A stretch of 59,007 nucleotides of DNA, from IMG/VR virus record IMGVR_UViG_3300022917_000011, positions 1 to 59,007 of that record, one strand, 5' to 3'. Positions 56,437-59,007 of this stretch are shown here, in pieces. A program made the position numbers and the translations under genes. The stretch's first letter is position 1; every line of letters starts with the position of its first letter. Under the pieces are notes generated by a model that worked only from the letters and a program-made list of their open reading frames with translations, ran no database searches and was not told where the DNA came from. Origin of the DNA: a virus (Duplodnaviria > Caudoviricetes).

Positions 56437-56981
56437 TATCCCTTAAACCAACTGGCGTGCATTCGTGCCCCAGTGTCTTTCCTCTGTTGGTGACGGATGG
56501 CTTTCACCCACTCGAAAATTTCCTCCTGAGGGATTCCTTTTAATTGTTCACCAAGAACGAGGTCGTGATACTTTTGAAGCTGAGCATTTGCTTCTTCTTC
56601 GGTGTGATAGTCGCCAAGTGAGAGGTTGAAAACTTTTCGATTCTCCCCACGCATTTTTAACTGTGTTCTCCAAGGTTTGTTGGGTCTTGCTTCACAGAAG
56701 GTAGGAGACATCCTTTGATTCAAATTCCGGCAGTTGGCGGCTTTGGTCACAACCCTCAAGTTTTCTCGGCGGTTGTCCAATTTGTTTCGGTTGATGTGGT
56801 CCACACACATCCCTTTGGGTGTTTTCATGATGACTGCGTGCATCAAAATTGTAGTGCGGTTCCCATTCGCTCTCCCCGCATATCCTTTCCCGTTCAGGCA
56901 CCATTTGTGTTTGGACAAGGCTGGAAAATCTTCTTCAGACACTAGAATTTCGACCCCTTTGGAAGTGTATATGGAAGGCAT
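56433..56981 (-). mobile_element. HNH (+AP2-like) homing endonuclease, antisense
   Basis: VSEEDF..LSKHKW, MHAVIM, VDHINRNKLDNRRENLR and LGDYHTEEEA motifs. Confidence 0.93.
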
Positions 56982-57184
56982 GGCGTAGCCATAGAACAAG
57001 GAAATCTATGGCGTAGCAATGATAAATTATTGCTGCTCTGAGAAAAATGTGGCTAGTCAGGGGTGTAGCGTAAATGTCCTTCGCTCGGGACACAGACGTA
57101 GATTGGTTGTGAGACGTCGGCAACCGAAAGAATCCTTACCCAGTCGGGTAGGAAAACCCACAATCTTTTACTACTTGTCTTTCA

Positions 57185-58600
57185 ATGGAACCCATCAGCA
57201 TCTCTTGTGTAGCAGACCTTCGGAACGCCTTCGTTCGTGGCCAACACGAAATTGGAGGCGTATTTGGCACGATCAACGGTTACGACGGCGTGTGGGAGGG
57301 CATGATTCCTTCCAGCGGAAGCTTCCCGGTCGGGAGCGGCTTCGCGGCCCGTGTCACTACTCTTGGCCAACAGCGCCTGCACTTCTCCCGGCTCAACCTC
57401 TGGCGACCGATGGTTGGCATGCAGGGCGATTGCGCTGTCTCGTGCGACCCGCCCACGGAAATCGTCAAGCCCGGCAACGGTCAGAACGACTGGTATCGCC
57501 TGCTTAACGTCGCCTATAACACCGAGCCCTTCTGCTTGGAGTCGATGTTCGCGGACTCGCTGAACCTGGAAGAACAGATCGCCCAGCAGTTCCGCGACCT
57601 GAAGTTCATCTCGACCGACGTGATGGATGAGTTCTACCGGAACAACTTCGTGGCGCTCTCGCGTTACCGCTATTTCGGCTACGACAATGGCACCACGCAG
57701 CAGTTCGTCAACGACGGTTGGCGTTTCGCCACCGACGCGGACGGCAACGTGGACACGACCTATGTGATCCTCGATTCGGGCTTCGATCCGGAAAACATCT
57801 CGGCGCTGTCGGTCTCCGGCATCCTCAACCGCATTCGCGACAAGGGCCAGTACATTGGCACCTTCCCGCGTGATGGCACCGTTCCGCTCATCACGGACTG
57901 GCAGACCTTCCAGGAACTGCCGCTCTATGACACCAATCGCCGGGTGGACAATCGGTTTCGTGCTCCGGACTCTCTCAATCCCGGCTATGCCGCGATTTCG
58001 GAATACGCGATGTTCGGCCTCAAGAACGATCCGTTTACCCTCCGCTACTTCTGGACGGAGACTGAGCCCGGCTACCCGAATGGCGTACTCAAGCGCATCG
58101 ACCAGTGGGCCAACCAGCCGTTGACCAACGGCTGTTTCAGTGATCTCTCGAACGACTACCAGGAAGCCGATTTCCAAATCAGCATCCTCAAGGGTCAGTC
58201 GCCCGTCTTCACCATGCAGAATGGTGAGCAGCCTCTCTCTGCTGGTTCGGGTGTCAGCTTCGCCGACCCCGCCTCTCCGTGGAATGGCGTGTGGCGGTTC
58301 GTCAACGAAGTCAACGAAGTCACCCCGTGCAACCAGGACCGGAACAAAGGTTACTGGCGCATGAATCTCAAGAAGGCCGCGAAGCCTTCTGAGAGCGGAT
58401 TCCGGGGCAACCTCGTCCTGCATCGCCGGTTCCCGTGGCGCGGTATTGCCAAGATTTGCCGTCCTCTTGGCACTCCGACCGCTGGCAGCTACGATTGCGA
58501 TTGGACCTGTGCGCCTCTCGATTGGGCACCTCCCGCGCTGGAGGACGTATATACTTGTGGACGGTGGAATCCAGATTCGTGCTCCTCGGTGGGCAACTAA
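57185..58600 (+). CDS. Major capsid protein
   Basis: 471 aa, strong C-ending codon bias, follows portal and scaffold, flanked by a structured leader and a 3' hairpin. Assigned mainly by synteny. Confidence 0.8.
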   Translation: MEPISISCVADLRNAFVRGQHEIGGVFGTINGYDGVWEGMIPSSGSFPVGSGFAARVTTLGQQRLHFSRLNLWRPMVGMQGDCAVSCDPPTEIVKPGNGQNDWYRLLNVAYNTEPFCLESMFADSLNLEEQIAQQFRDLKFISTDVMDEFYRNNFVALSRYRYFGYDNGTTQQFVNDGWRFATDADGNVDTTYVILDSGFDPENISALSVSGILNRIRDKGQYIGTFPRDGTVPLITDWQTFQELPLYDTNRRVDNRFRAPDSLNPGYAAISEYAMFGLKNDPFTLRYFWTETEPGYPNGVLKRIDQWANQPLTNGCFSDLSNDYQEADFQISILKGQSPVFTMQNGEQPLSAGSGVSFADPASPWNGVWRFVNEVNEVTPCNQDRNKGYWRMNLKKAAKPSESGFRGNLVLHRRFPWRGIAKICRPLGTPTAGSYDCDWTCAPLDWAPPALEDVYTCGRWNPDSCSSVGN

Positions 58601-58615
58601 CGGAACAAGGAAATC

Positions 58616-58644
58616 GGGGCGTGGAGGTAAAATCTCCACGCCCC
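58616..58644 (+). terminator. GC-rich hairpin after the capsid gene (no U-tract)
   Basis: GGGGCGTGGAG-7 nt-CTCCACGCCCC forms a perfect 11-bp stem. Confidence 0.6.
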
Positions 58645-58660
58645 ACAACCTCATTTATTC

Positions 58661-58972
58661 ATGCTTACCTGCAACGCTTACGCTGACAACACGGTCATTG
58701 CCACTCAGCAAGCCGCTGATTGTGCTGACCAAGTTTACGAGCTTTCGCAGACCGGGCTTCACGACGTGCAGTTCCTGCTCACGGTGCTCGACGCGCTGGA
58801 GCGGGCAGGGATCGGCCCAGACATCGGCGACATTCCGGCGTGTGACGCTTACGAGGCGTTGAAGAACGCGACTTGCGCGGTCACGCCGATCACGTCGCCA
58901 GGCGATGAAGACCCGCTGAAACTCCAGTCGCTCATCCTCTACAAGCTGAACGAATACCTCTGCTCCCTCTAA
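58661..58972 (+). CDS. Small Cys-rich virion protein
   Basis: 103 aa with 5 Cys, immediately after the capsid gene. Confidence 0.7.
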   Translation: MLTCNAYADNTVIATQQAADCADQVYELSQTGLHDVQFLLTVLDALERAGIGPDIGDIPACDAYEALKNATCAVTPITSPGDEDPLKLQSLILYKLNEYLCSL

Positions 58973-58975
58973 CCC

Positions 58976-59007
58976 ATGGAAATTGCCACCTGCGAATGTG
59001 TGGCTGG
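58976..59007 (+). CDS. 5' part of the junction-spanning 63-aa protein
   Basis: ATG at 58976 continues in frame through the terminal repeat to TAA at 177-179. Confidence 0.85.
   Translation, partial: MEIATCECVA

Noticed and set aside
58989-59007. Biological terminal repeat or att site
   Set aside because: It falls mid-gene in the structural operon with no integrase nearby; an assembler overlap is the simplest explanation.

Overview
This window appears to be one complete, circularly closed dsDNA phage genome of about 58,988 bp. Bases 1-19 repeat at 58989-59007, and a 63-aa ORF reads through the junction. The architecture is podovirus-like. The + strand late arm (about 51.3 kb, through the junction, to 17.5 kb) carries portal, scaffold, major capsid, fibres, tail nozzle/adaptor and three ejection-type proteins. 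The - strand early/middle arm (42.8 to 17.6 kb) carries many small genes, an SSB-like gene, a RusA-like gene, an HTH replication initiator with iterons and DnaB, and it ends in a sugar-enzyme cluster. The large terminase lies in an inverted block. I recognised no integrase, DNA polymerase, tRNA, CRISPR array or clear endolysin. The most notable signals are: (1) a candidate branched-sugar/glycan decoration system (minimal ThDP E1alpha and E1beta, Zn-dehydrogenase, four glycosyltransferases, FkbM methyltransferase, sulfotransferase-like protein); (2) an unannotated ~370-nt highly structured RNA with GNRA loops and an E-loop near the putative packaging region; (3) two identically spaced sigma54 (-24/-12) promoters heading the early arm; (4) a type II hammerhead ribozyme with a variant core; (5) a twice-repeated cassette of promoter, palindrome, basic peptide and +1-frame HNH; (6) Cys-rich outer virion proteins against Cys-free internal proteins. 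All calls come from reading motifs by eye; no database searches or folding programs were run. A PVC/Verrucomicrobiota-like host is only a tentative inference.
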